Shown in pieces: positions 26,627 through 36,105 of a stretch of 64,000 nucleotides of DNA; within the stretch, counting starts at the first letter, position 1; each line of letters starts with the position of its first letter. Under the pieces are notes generated by a model, which saw only the letters and a list, made by a program, of their open reading frames with translations, was not told the DNA's origin and made no database searches. Origin of the DNA: an uncultured Gammaproteobacteria bacterium (lineage in GTDB: Bacteria > Patescibacteriota > Microgenomatia > Levybacterales > UBA12049); NCBI GenBank assembly GCA_964637955.1, contig CAZWXQ010000001.1, positions 21,936 to 85,935 of the forward strand. Reading direction: 5' to 3'. The translations under genes were made by a program, and so were the position numbers.

Positions 26627-26947
26627 TCAAATATTCTTTTTTTCTTCGAGCTTTTTTTCGCGTCTTTTTCCTGCTTTTTTGATAAGAGTAGAGGTGAAGG
26701 CAACAATTATTCCAACGCCAATTAATACATAAAAAGTTGTGAATAATTTTCCCATGTCTGTTTTTGGTGTGATGTCTCCATAACCAACCGTGGTTAGAGT
26801 AATGACACTAAAATACCAAGAATCAAGCCAGCTTAGCTTTTCAATTATGTGATAAAAAATTGTTCCAAAAATAAGAACGAAAAGTGCAGCAGATGTAATT
26901 ATTCGATATGAGTATTTTTCAATAAAATTTTCTGAATTTTCTTGCAT
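26627..26947 (-). CDS. Two-TM potassium channel (KcsA-like pore module)
   Basis: Selectivity filter TTVGYGD between two TM helices. Confidence 0.75.
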   Translation of the reverse strand: MQENSENFIEKYSYRIITSAALFVLIFGTIFYHIIEKLSWLDSWYFSVITLTTVGYGDITPKTDMGKLFTTFYVLIGVGIIVAFTSTLIKKAGKRREKKLEEKKNI

Positions 26948-27050
26948 ATATTTATTATGCTATAAAATTTATAAATTAAACAAGTTAAATGAATGATTAT
27001 TCTTTAAATTTACTATAGGCAATTAGCTTTGTTTATGCTATAATCCCGGA

Positions 27051-28181
27051 ATGCCAAAACAAAATAAGAAAATAGTAATAAAAGAGGAGCAGATTAACTC
27101 TATAAATAAAGTTTTATCTACGTTAGCTTTTGGTCTCATTTCAATAATTGGCCTTCAGTATATTGCTAAAGATTTGATCGCGCCAATTCTTTTGGCAATC
27201 TTCCTAACAGTTATTTTATATCCTATTTTTAAGTGGTTTAGAAAAAAAGGTTTCTCCAGTAAAATTTCACTTTTACTCATGATTACAACTTTCTTCTTAG
27301 GCGCAGGTGCGATTGTAATATTTTTGACTTGGTCTTTTAGCCTTCTTGCGCAGTCACTTTCCACATACGTAGCCGGTTTTAAAGAAGCATTTACCCAGAC
27401 TGCGAGCTCTGTTAATGTAAGCTCAGAAACAACACAGCAGGTAATGAGCAGTGTTACTCCAGAAAATATTGAATACATTGCAAGAGCGATCGCAAATAGT
27501 CTTGGAAATATCGTTTTCTATTTTATCTTGATTCCTATTCTTTCAGTATTAATGGTTCTTCAAATTGATTCTATGCCTAAGGATGTATCAAAAAAACTTA
27601 CAAATGATAATAAAACTGTTGAAAGATTTAAGAAATTTGCAGAAAGTATAATGATTTATGTTTCTTCACGACTTAAAGTAAATATCGCAACTGGAGTATT
27701 ATTTGCTATTGCTTTGATTATCTTAGGAGTTCCATTCCCGTTTGTTTGGGGATTTATGGCAATCATTATGAGTTTTATTCCTTATATAGGAATAATAATT
27801 GCGAGTGCACCTCCAGTTTTGCTTGCATTTGCAGGTGGAGGTCTTCCAGCAGCGCTTTTGGTAATTGGCGCAATGGCATTAATAAATGTATTTGCTGAAA
27901 ATGTATTAAGTCCTGTGGTTTTAGGTCGAGGCAATAAAATTTCTACTGCTGCTGTTGTGATTTCTCTTATTTTCTGGGTTTGGCTTCTTGGCCCAATTGG
28001 TGCAATTCTTTCTGTTCCGTTAACAGTTTTTCTAAAAATAGTTCTTGCAGATTTCAAAGAAACACATTTTATTTCACTTCTTATGGAGGGAAATTATAAT
28101 GTGGAAAAGCCTAAAAATGGAAAATCATTTTATAAAAATAGAATTAGTAAGTTTATAAAATTTGTTCCAGGGAAAAAATAA
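27051..28181 (+). CDS. AI-2E family transporter (PerM/UPF0118)
   Basis: Eight TM helices and the family-typical C-terminal LLGPIGAILSVPLT. Confidence 0.75.
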   Translation: MPKQNKKIVIKEEQINSINKVLSTLAFGLISIIGLQYIAKDLIAPILLAIFLTVILYPIFKWFRKKGFSSKISLLLMITTFFLGAGAIVIFLTWSFSLLAQSLSTYVAGFKEAFTQTASSVNVSSETTQQVMSSVTPENIEYIARAIANSLGNIVFYFILIPILSVLMVLQIDSMPKDVSKKLTNDNKTVERFKKFAESIMIYVSSRLKVNIATGVLFAIALIILGVPFPFVWGFMAIIMSFIPYIGIIIASAPPVLLAFAGGGLPAALLVIGAMALINVFAENVLSPVVLGRGNKISTAAVVISLIFWVWLLGPIGAILSVPLTVFLKIVLADFKETHFISLLMEGNYNVEKPKNGKSFYKNRISKFIKFVPGKK

Positions 28182-28187
28182 TTTAAA

Positions 28188-29216
28188 ATGCTTAAAAGAA
28201 TAACTTCGGAGATTTCTAAAAATAAAAAGTCTATTCTCTGGACAATAATATTTGTAATAATTTTTTACCTGATTCTCCCCGATAAAGAAACAATAGAATC
28301 GACGGTTGAAGAAATCCACGGAGCAGATTTAGGTTGGATAATTGTTGGGAATATTTTTTACTACATAACGATTCCTTTATATACAATTCAACTAATAGTT
28401 CTTTCTATAAAGCCTTTAAATAATTGGATAGCATTTAAAGTGCAAATGTCCGTTCTATTTATTAACAAGCTTTTGCCGAGTTCTATTTCTTCATTTGTAA
28501 TAAACTCATTTTATTTATATAAAGTAGGTCATAAATCTCCACAAATCGCATCTATTATCGCGATGAAGGCTGTGACTAGTTCTCTTGCTTTTTCATCACT
28601 TTTTATCTTCTCGTTGGTAGTCGGAATTACAAAATATCAAATGGCTGATGGTTTAAATATTAATTCAGGAAATGTTGATTGGGTGAAAGTAGTTGTTTTA
28701 TTAGTAATTGGAGTTCTTATAATAAGCTTTGTTATTTATTCATCAGACATCATAAAAAACTTCATTAAAAAATCATTAGAAAGTTTTTGGGGACAATTTA
28801 AGTCATATAAAGATAGACCAAAAGATATTGTATGGGCATTAGTGACTTCATTTTTGGCACCTACCTTAGGAGTTCTTACTCTTTATGCGAGTTCAAAATC
28901 TGTGGGATTGGATATAAATTTCGCACAATCCTTTTTAATCTACACGCTTGGAACGACTATGGCAAATATAGTACCAATTCCTGGAGGAATTGGAGCAGCT
29001 GAAGCAGGATTGTATGCAGGGTTTACATTTTTTGGATTTCCATCTACTGAGTCAATGGCAGCGGTCATGATTTACAGAATAATTACTTTCTGGATACCAA
29101 CTATACCTGGATTTATCTCATTTATAAATCTTAGGAAAAATGTTCTAAAAGGATTTTCAATTCACTGGAAAATGCCGGAATCAAAATCAAAGTCTAAGAA
29201 GATTGCGAAAGCTTAA
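28188..29216 (+). CDS. UPF0104 / flippase-like (lysyl-phosphatidylglycerol-synthase TM-region) membrane protein
   Basis: NIVPIPGGIGAAEAGLYAGF is the signature of this family. Confidence 0.7.
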   Translation: MLKRITSEISKNKKSILWTIIFVIIFYLILPDKETIESTVEEIHGADLGWIIVGNIFYYITIPLYTIQLIVLSIKPLNNWIAFKVQMSVLFINKLLPSSISSFVINSFYLYKVGHKSPQIASIIAMKAVTSSLAFSSLFIFSLVVGITKYQMADGLNINSGNVDWVKVVVLLVIGVLIISFVIYSSDIIKNFIKKSLESFWGQFKSYKDRPKDIVWALVTSFLAPTLGVLTLYASSKSVGLDINFAQSFLIYTLGTTMANIVPIPGGIGAAEAGLYAGFTFFGFPSTESMAAVMIYRIITFWIPTIPGFISFINLRKNVLKGFSIHWKMPESKSKSKKIAKA

Positions 29217-29272
29217 AATAATTAAACTATTGCAATTTAGCTTGAAAGTGATATCATTCAAGCAATTAAAAT

Positions 29273-30112
29273 ATGAATAATAAAGAATTAAATTTTGCAA
29301 AAATTTTGGGTCTTTTTGTATCAGTAGTATTTATTTGGGTTTTTCTATTTTCATCTTGGTATTCAAATAATATTCTAAATCAGGAGAAATTTGTTTCCAC
29401 CACTACTCAGGTTTTGGAATCTGAAAATGTTAGGAATTCAATTTCAAATGAGATTGTTGACACAGTTAAAGCTAGAAGACCGATCATTGGTTCTTTTACT
29501 GCTCCACTATTAACTAAAATTATTGCAGGAATTATGGATTCTAATCTTTATGCGAATGTTAATACGAGACTTGCTCAAGAACTTCATCTTCAGTTAACGT
29601 CTGCAAATCCTAGAGAATTAACTGTTGAATTAAAGCCTACAAAAGAATTATTGACGCCTCTTTTTGAAAGGACAGATTCAGAATTATTAAATAGTATTCC
29701 TGACAAAATGGTAGTAATAAGAAGGGGTGAAATACCCTCACTTTATAAGTTTGGAACTACATTAACAATGCTTGGTCCAATTCTTCTAATAACTGCATTA
29801 GTTATGTTCGGATTTTTATGGGTAAAAATTGCTGATAAAAGAAATTATATTGTGATTGTTTCTCTTTCTTTTGCTGCAACAGCTCTATTGATCTACTTCA
29901 TGATTCCGACAATTGGAAATATTGCAACTGCGCAGGCAAGCAGCGCAAATATCTCAATGATCATAAATGAAGTCTACGTCGCATTTACTTATATGATTGC
30001 AAATTTCGCATTTAAAGTATTAGTTGCATCTGTATTAATTGCGATTGCTGCTAGATTTTTAAGACGGGAACTATTCCAAATACCTCAAAGAAATTCCTCA
30101 AAAAATAAGTAA
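29273..30112 (+). CDS. Hypothetical membrane protein
   Basis: ORF with an N-terminal TM and two C-terminal TM helices. Confidence 0.45.
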   Translation: MNNKELNFAKILGLFVSVVFIWVFLFSSWYSNNILNQEKFVSTTTQVLESENVRNSISNEIVDTVKARRPIIGSFTAPLLTKIIAGIMDSNLYANVNTRLAQELHLQLTSANPRELTVELKPTKELLTPLFERTDSELLNSIPDKMVVIRRGEIPSLYKFGTTLTMLGPILLITALVMFGFLWVKIADKRNYIVIVSLSFAATALLIYFMIPTIGNIATAQASSANISMIINEVYVAFTYMIANFAFKVLVASVLIAIAARFLRRELFQIPQRNSSKNK

Positions 30113-30170
30113 ATGTGAAAACACTAAAAATAGTGTTGACTTTTCACAAAATTAGAGCAATTATTAAATA

Positions 30171-30791
30171 ATGGCTGAATATGTTCCTGGTACAGGTGAT
30201 ATAGATCCAAGATTTTCAGGATTAGAAAGAATGGATGAACCAATAAGAGATGATATTCTCCCTGGTTTAGCTGTGCCTAATCCAGATTTATATATGGCTT
30301 CAAATAAAGATCCATATAGTTATTCTCCGGAAGAGATTGCAGTACTTTCCCCATCAGAAAGATTTACGTTAGGATATGCTTTGCTTGGTGACGTTCCAGT
30401 AAAAGTTCTTGAAAGTGGAAGGTCACAGGATGTGCCGAAAAGCCAAGCACAGGAAACACTTGAAGCATATGGTTTTAAATACGAGCTGGATTATCAGCTT
30501 TCTCCAATGGAAAGAGAGGTGTTTGGCACAATGAGCAGAATTGAAATAAGAGGAGTTAATGATAATTCAGGCGCTGATGGCTTGGTGGGAAATATGGTAG
30601 AAGTTAATGTTCCCGATAGGCTGAGACAACGAAGGATTTGGATGGAAACAGGAAAAGGTATTAGGCCACCTGAAAGAATTTTTGAAGGGTACAAGCTATC
30701 TAGATATGAGCGTTATTTATTAGAAGAGCAATTAAAAAAAGATCGAGCATCAAGTGAAAATATAGTAGTCGAATTTACTCAGGCTGTATAA
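30171..30791 (+). CDS. Hypothetical soluble protein (higher GC), directly upstream of sodN
   Basis: 206-aa non-repetitive ORF. No recognisable motif. Confidence 0.45.
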   Translation: MAEYVPGTGDIDPRFSGLERMDEPIRDDILPGLAVPNPDLYMASNKDPYSYSPEEIAVLSPSERFTLGYALLGDVPVKVLESGRSQDVPKSQAQETLEAYGFKYELDYQLSPMEREVFGTMSRIEIRGVNDNSGADGLVGNMVEVNVPDRLRQRRIWMETGKGIRPPERIFEGYKLSRYERYLLEEQLKKDRASSENIVVEFTQAV

Positions 30792-30852
30792 TTTTATAGT
30801 TTTCCTACCTAATTTTCTTGACTTTTAAACAATACTTTCTTATCATCATTTT

Positions 30853-31329
30853 ATGAAGTTTGCTTCTGTATTAAATTTAGTTCCTCACAAGGTTGCATAT
30901 GCGCACTGTGACATACCTTGTGGAATATATGATGTTCATCAGGCTCAATTAGCATCTCATACTATTATCCGCATGACTGATTTGTTTGGGCAAATTAAAA
31001 GAGATGATGAGCTTAAAGCCGAGCATGATGTATTCCGAGTTGCACATGTTAAAGAAGAGCACTCAAATATTTTAGAGCATGAATTGTCTACTCTTAAGGA
31101 TGATTATTTTAAAAATGATTATTCAAAATATCCTGATCTTGAGGAATTATTTAAAAAAGCATCTACTCTTGGATCAAAAGCTAGAACAGGAATTGATATG
31201 GAAAGTGCAAAAGAGCTTCTTGAAACAGTCATGAAAATCGCAGAAATATTTTATGAAAGTAAAGGTTTGGAATGTCATAGAGTAAAGTCTCCATATCCCA
31301 CAGGGCTTGATATTGTAGTCCAGAGATAA
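30853..31329 (+). CDS. sodN: Nickel-containing superoxide dismutase precursor
   Basis: The Ni-hook HCDIPCGIYD immediately follows a short propeptide (MKFASVLNLVPHKVAYA). The downstream helical bundle matches Ni-SOD (DDYFKN, KYPDLEEL, EIFYESKG). Confidence 0.8.
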   Translation: MKFASVLNLVPHKVAYAHCDIPCGIYDVHQAQLASHTIIRMTDLFGQIKRDDELKAEHDVFRVAHVKEEHSNILEHELSTLKDDYFKNDYSKYPDLEELFKKASTLGSKARTGIDMESAKELLETVMKIAEIFYESKGLECHRVKSPYPTGLDIVVQR

Positions 31330-31614
31330 ATGTTATTCTCATTATTTAAGATTTCAGGTCATAGTATGATCCCTTCATATTCTGAAAATGACAGCGTAAT
31401 CGTTAGTTCTATCTCGTACATGTTTATAAAGCCGAAAAAAGGAGATGTAGTGCTGTTTGAGAGAAATAATAAGTTTTATGTTAAAAGAATTAAGCATATT
31501 AAAGGAAGTGAATTTTTTTTAGTAGGCGATAATGAAAAGGATAGCTTAGACAGTAGAAAGTTTGGATTAATAAATAGAGAGCAAATAAAAGGTAAAATAA
31601 TCTTCAAATTTTAG
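31330..31614 (+). CDS. sodX: Ni-SOD maturation protease (S26/signal-peptidase-like)
   Basis: Small S26-like protein with SGHSMIP (Ser nucleophile) and a Lys in VKRIKH. Starts 1 nt after the sodN stop. Confidence 0.7.
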   Translation: MLFSLFKISGHSMIPSYSENDSVIVSSISYMFIKPKKGDVVLFERNNKFYVKRIKHIKGSEFFLVGDNEKDSLDSRKFGLINREQIKGKIIFKF

Positions 31615-31646
31615 TTCCTTTTAAACCAATCAAATGATAATATTAT

Positions 31647-32558
31647 TTGGTGAAGCCTCATGTCCTTAATGCACTAGATGTTCGTCAATTTCCGCAGTGG
31701 GGAGAGTATATGAAAAGTATAGGTTGGAAAGTTTACTTGATTGACGGTAAATTGGCATATGGGAAAAAAGTACCCTTGATGGGTCTTATTATTAAAATGC
31801 AACATCCGGCAGGACCCATAAATATTAAAAAAATTGATAAATTAGCAAAAAAAGAAAAAGCTTCAATGGTTACAATTGAACCTCATATATCTGGATATTC
31901 AGATAAAAATTTTCTAGTAAATAAATTTATTAAATCAAAAAGGACTTATGCTCCATCCAGCTCAATTTTAATTGATCTCAAGCGTAGTGAGAATGAAATA
32001 TTTTCTTCATTTTCAGAGAACGCAAGAAGAAATATTAAAAAAGCTAAAAATAAAAATATACAGATTAAGATAATTGATGTTAGTAAGGATAGAGAAAATA
32101 AAAGTTTTGAAGAATATTATTCTCTTTTGAAAAACCTTAGAAGAATAAAAGGCTTCTATGCTCCTGGATATCATGAGAGCAAGAAAAAAATGGAGTCTTT
32201 TAAAAATAATTCTATTTTAGTATTTGCATATGAAGATGAAATTCCAATAGCAGTAGTTTGGTACTCTTTCTTTAAAGGAAGTATGGTATATATGCAAACT
32301 GGCATTACAAAAAGAGGATATGCGCTTTTAGCGAATTATTTAATTGTTTGGGAAGGAATTCGTTGGGCAAAAAAACATGGTATTAATGTTTTTGATTTTG
32401 AGTCTATTTATGATTTTAGATATAAAAATCAAAATAAAAAATGGAAAGGATACACACAGTTTAAAAAAAGGTTTCATGGAGAAGAAATAAATTTTCCACC
32501 TTCATACACAAAGTATTATAATCCTTTACTTAGAGTTCTTGAGATTTTTCCTCGTTAA
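31647..32558 (+). CDS. FemAB-family aminoacyl-tRNA-dependent peptidyltransferase-like protein (TTG start)
   Basis: GNAT-fold Fem-like domains. TGATAATAT lies 4 nt upstream of the TTG. Confidence 0.6.
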   Translation: MVKPHVLNALDVRQFPQWGEYMKSIGWKVYLIDGKLAYGKKVPLMGLIIKMQHPAGPINIKKIDKLAKKEKASMVTIEPHISGYSDKNFLVNKFIKSKRTYAPSSSILIDLKRSENEIFSSFSENARRNIKKAKNKNIQIKIIDVSKDRENKSFEEYYSLLKNLRRIKGFYAPGYHESKKKMESFKNNSILVFAYEDEIPIAVVWYSFFKGSMVYMQTGITKRGYALLANYLIVWEGIRWAKKHGINVFDFESIYDFRYKNQNKKWKGYTQFKKRFHGEEINFPPSYTKYYNPLLRVLEIFPR

Positions 32559-32658
32559 TTTAAGATAAGCGATTTTTATAATTGATATATTTTCAAGATG
32601 AAATAATGTTATTTTTAAATATAAAATGTTTAGATTAAGCTTAATAATTAATCGATGA

Positions 32659-34167
32659 TTAAAAAGTTGAAATAGCTCGCTTAAAGACTTCATTTATTTT
32701 TTCTATCTCGTACATGCTTTCAGTTCCAACTGAAATCCGAATAAATGGAGTGCCATATTCGTTTCTAAGAGCTGTTAAATATATTCTAGTGTTATTGAAT
32801 CCAAAGCTTGTTCCTGTAGAGACCTGCACATTATTCTTTTTTGCTAGATTAATCACTTTATCTATAAATTTTACATATGTTCTTGGATTTTTATTTGATC
32901 TAAATTCTAGGCTAAAGAAGCTGCCATGAAACTTAATGTTTTGGTTCCATCTTGAAGATGAATGATTTTTTATTGTTGGATAATTAATTCTTTCTATATT
33001 TAAATTCGGTTTTTCGTCAATTAATTTTTGTAAAGATTTAGCTAAATAATTTGTGTTCCTTTCAAGTCTTAAAAGCCTTTTTGATAGAAATTTTTTATTT
33101 GGCGTCGGGAGCATGTGAACTGATATGTCAGAAATATTTGTACCACTATTTTGTCTGGAGTAATAAATCTTTCCAACATTTTTTCCATAAGCCAGTATTA
33201 TCCCTCCGGTAGTTCTATCCATTCCGAACTGATGATATTTATTCAAACTTTCTAAAACAAATAAATTTAAATTTCTATTTTTTCCTTTAATTAATTTCAG
33301 GGGTTGGAAGAAAATTGGAAGAGTAGTATTGTCTATTATTAAGTATGTATCTTTTTTAGAACTTTTTTTAAGATATTCAATAATGCTTAATAAATTTGGC
33401 ATTGCTAAATTTATAGAATTGCAAATTGTATCAAAAATTATTATTGAAGGTTTATGTTTAATAATAATATCAATTATTTCTTTCTCATTGTTTTCATCAA
33501 CTTCAATTACTTTATCTTCAAAAAATCTTTTGATGATTTCTTTGTTTTGAAAATAAATAGATTTTCCAATTAAGATTTTTCCTGTTACTTTTTTTTCAGT
33601 TATTAAGAAATTGATAATTGTAATGAATGCTGCCATTCCATTATTTACTGCATATGCATGAACAGGAAGTTTAAAAATTAAGTCAACGTATTCATTTAAA
33701 AATTTTTTTTCGTAAGGCTGTTCATCAAGATGTATGTCTCTTTTATAGTCTGAAATAGTATGTTTTATCTTTCCGCTTTGTCTTCCGGCCAATGAATAAA
33801 GACTATGATTAAAGGTCGGTGATTGCCAGTCTGTAGATGTTATTAATGCTGAAAATAACCCTACATTAGCTCTAAGAAAGTGGAAATATATATTTTTTTT
33901 ATCCTGGAGGTATAGTAGTTCTTTTTGAGTATTTGATTTTTCTGCTTTATGTAAATCTTTTTCAATTTCTGTAATTGATTCATTTACGTTTTTTAAATAT
34001 TTTAGCGTTGATGTTTTAGTTATACTATAAGTAATAATATTTTTTTTATTATCATCAATTTCTTTATTAAATTTTAATATCTTATTAAGAAAATCTTTAT
34101 AAAGAAAGTTTAATTCTTCTAAATCTTCTTTTAAATCTTTTATAGAAACGATTATTATTTCTTCCAT
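32659..34167 (-). CDS. Divergent Cys/Met-metabolism PLP-dependent enzyme (CGS/CBL/MGL fold) with a ~150-aa N-terminal helical extension
   Basis: Ordered motifs: NGMAAFITI (cf. SGMAAI), LIIDNTTLP (cf. DNTFATP), the SLNKYHQFGMDRTTGG PLP-lysine region (cf. SxTKxxxGHxD), and the C-terminal RISVGTE (cf. RLSVGIE). Confidence 0.5.
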   Translation of the reverse strand: MEEIIIVSIKDLKEDLEELNFLYKDFLNKILKFNKEIDDNKKNIITYSITKTSTLKYLKNVNESITEIEKDLHKAEKSNTQKELLYLQDKKNIYFHFLRANVGLFSALITSTDWQSPTFNHSLYSLAGRQSGKIKHTISDYKRDIHLDEQPYEKKFLNEYVDLIFKLPVHAYAVNNGMAAFITIINFLITEKKVTGKILIGKSIYFQNKEIIKRFFEDKVIEVDENNEKEIIDIIIKHKPSIIIFDTICNSINLAMPNLLSIIEYLKKSSKKDTYLIIDNTTLPIFFQPLKLIKGKNRNLNLFVLESLNKYHQFGMDRTTGGIILAYGKNVGKIYYSRQNSGTNISDISVHMLPTPNKKFLSKRLLRLERNTNYLAKSLQKLIDEKPNLNIERINYPTIKNHSSSRWNQNIKFHGSFFSLEFRSNKNPRTYVKFIDKVINLAKKNNVQVSTGTSFGFNNTRIYLTALRNEYGTPFIRISVGTESMYEIEKINEVFKRAISTF

Positions 34168-34183
34168 AGCGATAATTATAACA

Positions 34184-35074
34184 TTGGCTTATACTAATGC
34201 CATGACAAAATTAAGATATAAGAATTCAGTTATAGACGGTCAGGAAATTAATATCCCTTTTGCAATTATTAATGAAAAGAAAAGTAAATCAATATTAATA
34301 ACTGGAGGAATTGATGGGGACGAATATGTTGGAATAAAGGCAGCGTTTAAGCTGATAAATGATCTAGATAAAATTAAATCAGAATACAGAATAATAATAG
34401 TTCCTCTGGTGAATGTTTTTGGAAATAAAATTGGAGTTAGTCATAATCCTTTTGATGGGAAATACCCAAAGTATATATATCCAGGGAAAAAAGATGGCAC
34501 ATCAAGTGAACAACTTATATATCAATTGGAGGAATTTATAAATGAATGCTTTTTATGGATTGATTTACATTCAGGTTCTACTGAAGAAAAGTTGAATCCT
34601 TTTATTTGGACTTGGAAAACAAAGAATAAAAATATTAATGAGATCACCAGATCATTTCTGTCCAATCTATCAAATGAAAATATTATTTATCAAGATAAAT
34701 CTATAAGAAAAATTGAAGAACTTGCAAAGAGAAATATCTCATATTTGATGCTTGAATCAGGTGAATTAGGAAAAGAAAATATAAATGATATTTTAAAGCA
34801 TGTGGATTGGGTTAAAAAAATAATATCAAAAAAATCAACACAAGGTCCTTTGTCTGTTTATAAAAAAGTTCAGTTTTATAAATTTAAAAATTCAGAAATG
34901 TGGAAGCCTGAGATTAATCCAGGAAAAATAAATGAGGAAAAGTTAGTCGGAATTCTTGGTAAGAAGAAAATAATTTCAAATAAATCCGGATTGTTACTTT
35001 ATATGAAGAAATCTATGATTTTGAAAAAAGATACTGAACTTTTTGCAATTGCTTATGAAAAAGTAAAAATTTAA
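34184..35074 (+). CDS. AstE/AspA-like (succinylglutamate desuccinylase / aspartoacylase family) putative zinc deacylase
   Basis: LITGGIDGDEYVG resembles the family GGxHGNE metal site. Size is appropriate. Confidence 0.4.
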   Translation: MAYTNAMTKLRYKNSVIDGQEINIPFAIINEKKSKSILITGGIDGDEYVGIKAAFKLINDLDKIKSEYRIIIVPLVNVFGNKIGVSHNPFDGKYPKYIYPGKKDGTSSEQLIYQLEEFINECFLWIDLHSGSTEEKLNPFIWTWKTKNKNINEITRSFLSNLSNENIIYQDKSIRKIEELAKRNISYLMLESGELGKENINDILKHVDWVKKIISKKSTQGPLSVYKKVQFYKFKNSEMWKPEINPGKINEEKLVGILGKKKIISNKSGLLLYMKKSMILKKDTELFAIAYEKVKI

Positions 35075-36105
35075 TTTCTTTTCTTTGCTTTAAGATATGC
35101 CCAGCGAACTTTATCTGCTACAGTAAGAAGTCTATAGTTAAGTGGATTAATTACCAAATCAAAACTTCCTGCAAATTCGGTTAAACTAGCTCCAAAGCCT
35201 TGTTTGAACCTATGAAACCCGTAGTATGGATCGCTATTTTTTGGTTCGGGCACATTTGCTGCTCCCCACATATCAAAAGATTTAAGGCCTAGACTTTTGC
35301 CATATTTTATTGCTCCCCACATCGTAGCAGGTGAAGCCATTACATCTCTGTGCTCATCGCTTGATGCGCCGTATGGATAGTAAAGTTTATCTTTAAAGGT
35401 AAATAGAACGTAAGTTACTAATGTTTTTTTATTGTAGCTAGCTCTCAAGAGATTTGCTTGGAGTTTATTTGGATCAAACGATTCATTTTTTTTATTTCCA
35501 ATAGTTTCCCAAAGAAGTTTATGATAAGCATCATTATGTGCATAAAATTTTTGCCTTTTTGTAGTTTCATGGGTTAGTTTGAGATAGTCATTAAATGCTT
35601 TTTCGCTATTATCAATTTCTACTTTTACTCCTTTCTTCTCAGAAAGTTTGACATTGTATCTGGTTTTTTGATGCATATTTGAAAGAAGCTCTTCTTCTGA
35701 CCTAGTTAGATCAAGCATAAAAGTGAACCGCGTAAATAGTGGGTGAAAAGATGGGCGAATGTCAAAATTTTCAATTTTCAATTTAAAATTTTCAGTTGTT
35801 ATATTGGGCTCAAGTTGAATAAAACTAATTGAATTTTTCTTACCTAATTCTTCAAGATCTGAAATAAGATTTTTTGATGGTAAATCACCTTTTGGAAAAT
35901 AACCAATTAGATATGGAAAATTTGGAGTTTTATGGACTGTAAATTGGTAAGCTTCTTTAATTTTGCCTTCAATTATTTCTCCTCTGAAATAAGCATCAAG
36001 TCCTGTTTTTTTTCTAAATTGTCCCCATTCATAAGATTGAAGTGGATGATTTACAGCTTCGTTAAAAAGTTTAATCTGATCTTCATTTATATCCTGAAAG
36101 TTCAT
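35071..36105 (-). CDS. FemAB-family peptidoglycan-bridge / aminoacyl-tRNA-dependent transferase
   Basis: N-terminal SYEWGQF (cf. FemX QSWEWG) and two GNAT-like domains. Confidence 0.7.
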   Translation of the reverse strand: MNFQDINEDQIKLFNEAVNHPLQSYEWGQFRKKTGLDAYFRGEIIEGKIKEAYQFTVHKTPNFPYLIGYFPKGDLPSKNLISDLEELGKKNSISFIQLEPNITTENFKLKIENFDIRPSFHPLFTRFTFMLDLTRSEEELLSNMHQKTRYNVKLSEKKGVKVEIDNSEKAFNDYLKLTHETTKRQKFYAHNDAYHKLLWETIGNKKNESFDPNKLQANLLRASYNKKTLVTYVLFTFKDKLYYPYGASSDEHRDVMASPATMWGAIKYGKSLGLKSFDMWGAANVPEPKNSDPYYGFHRFKQGFGASLTEFAGSFDLVINPLNYRLLTVADKVRWAYLKAKKRN

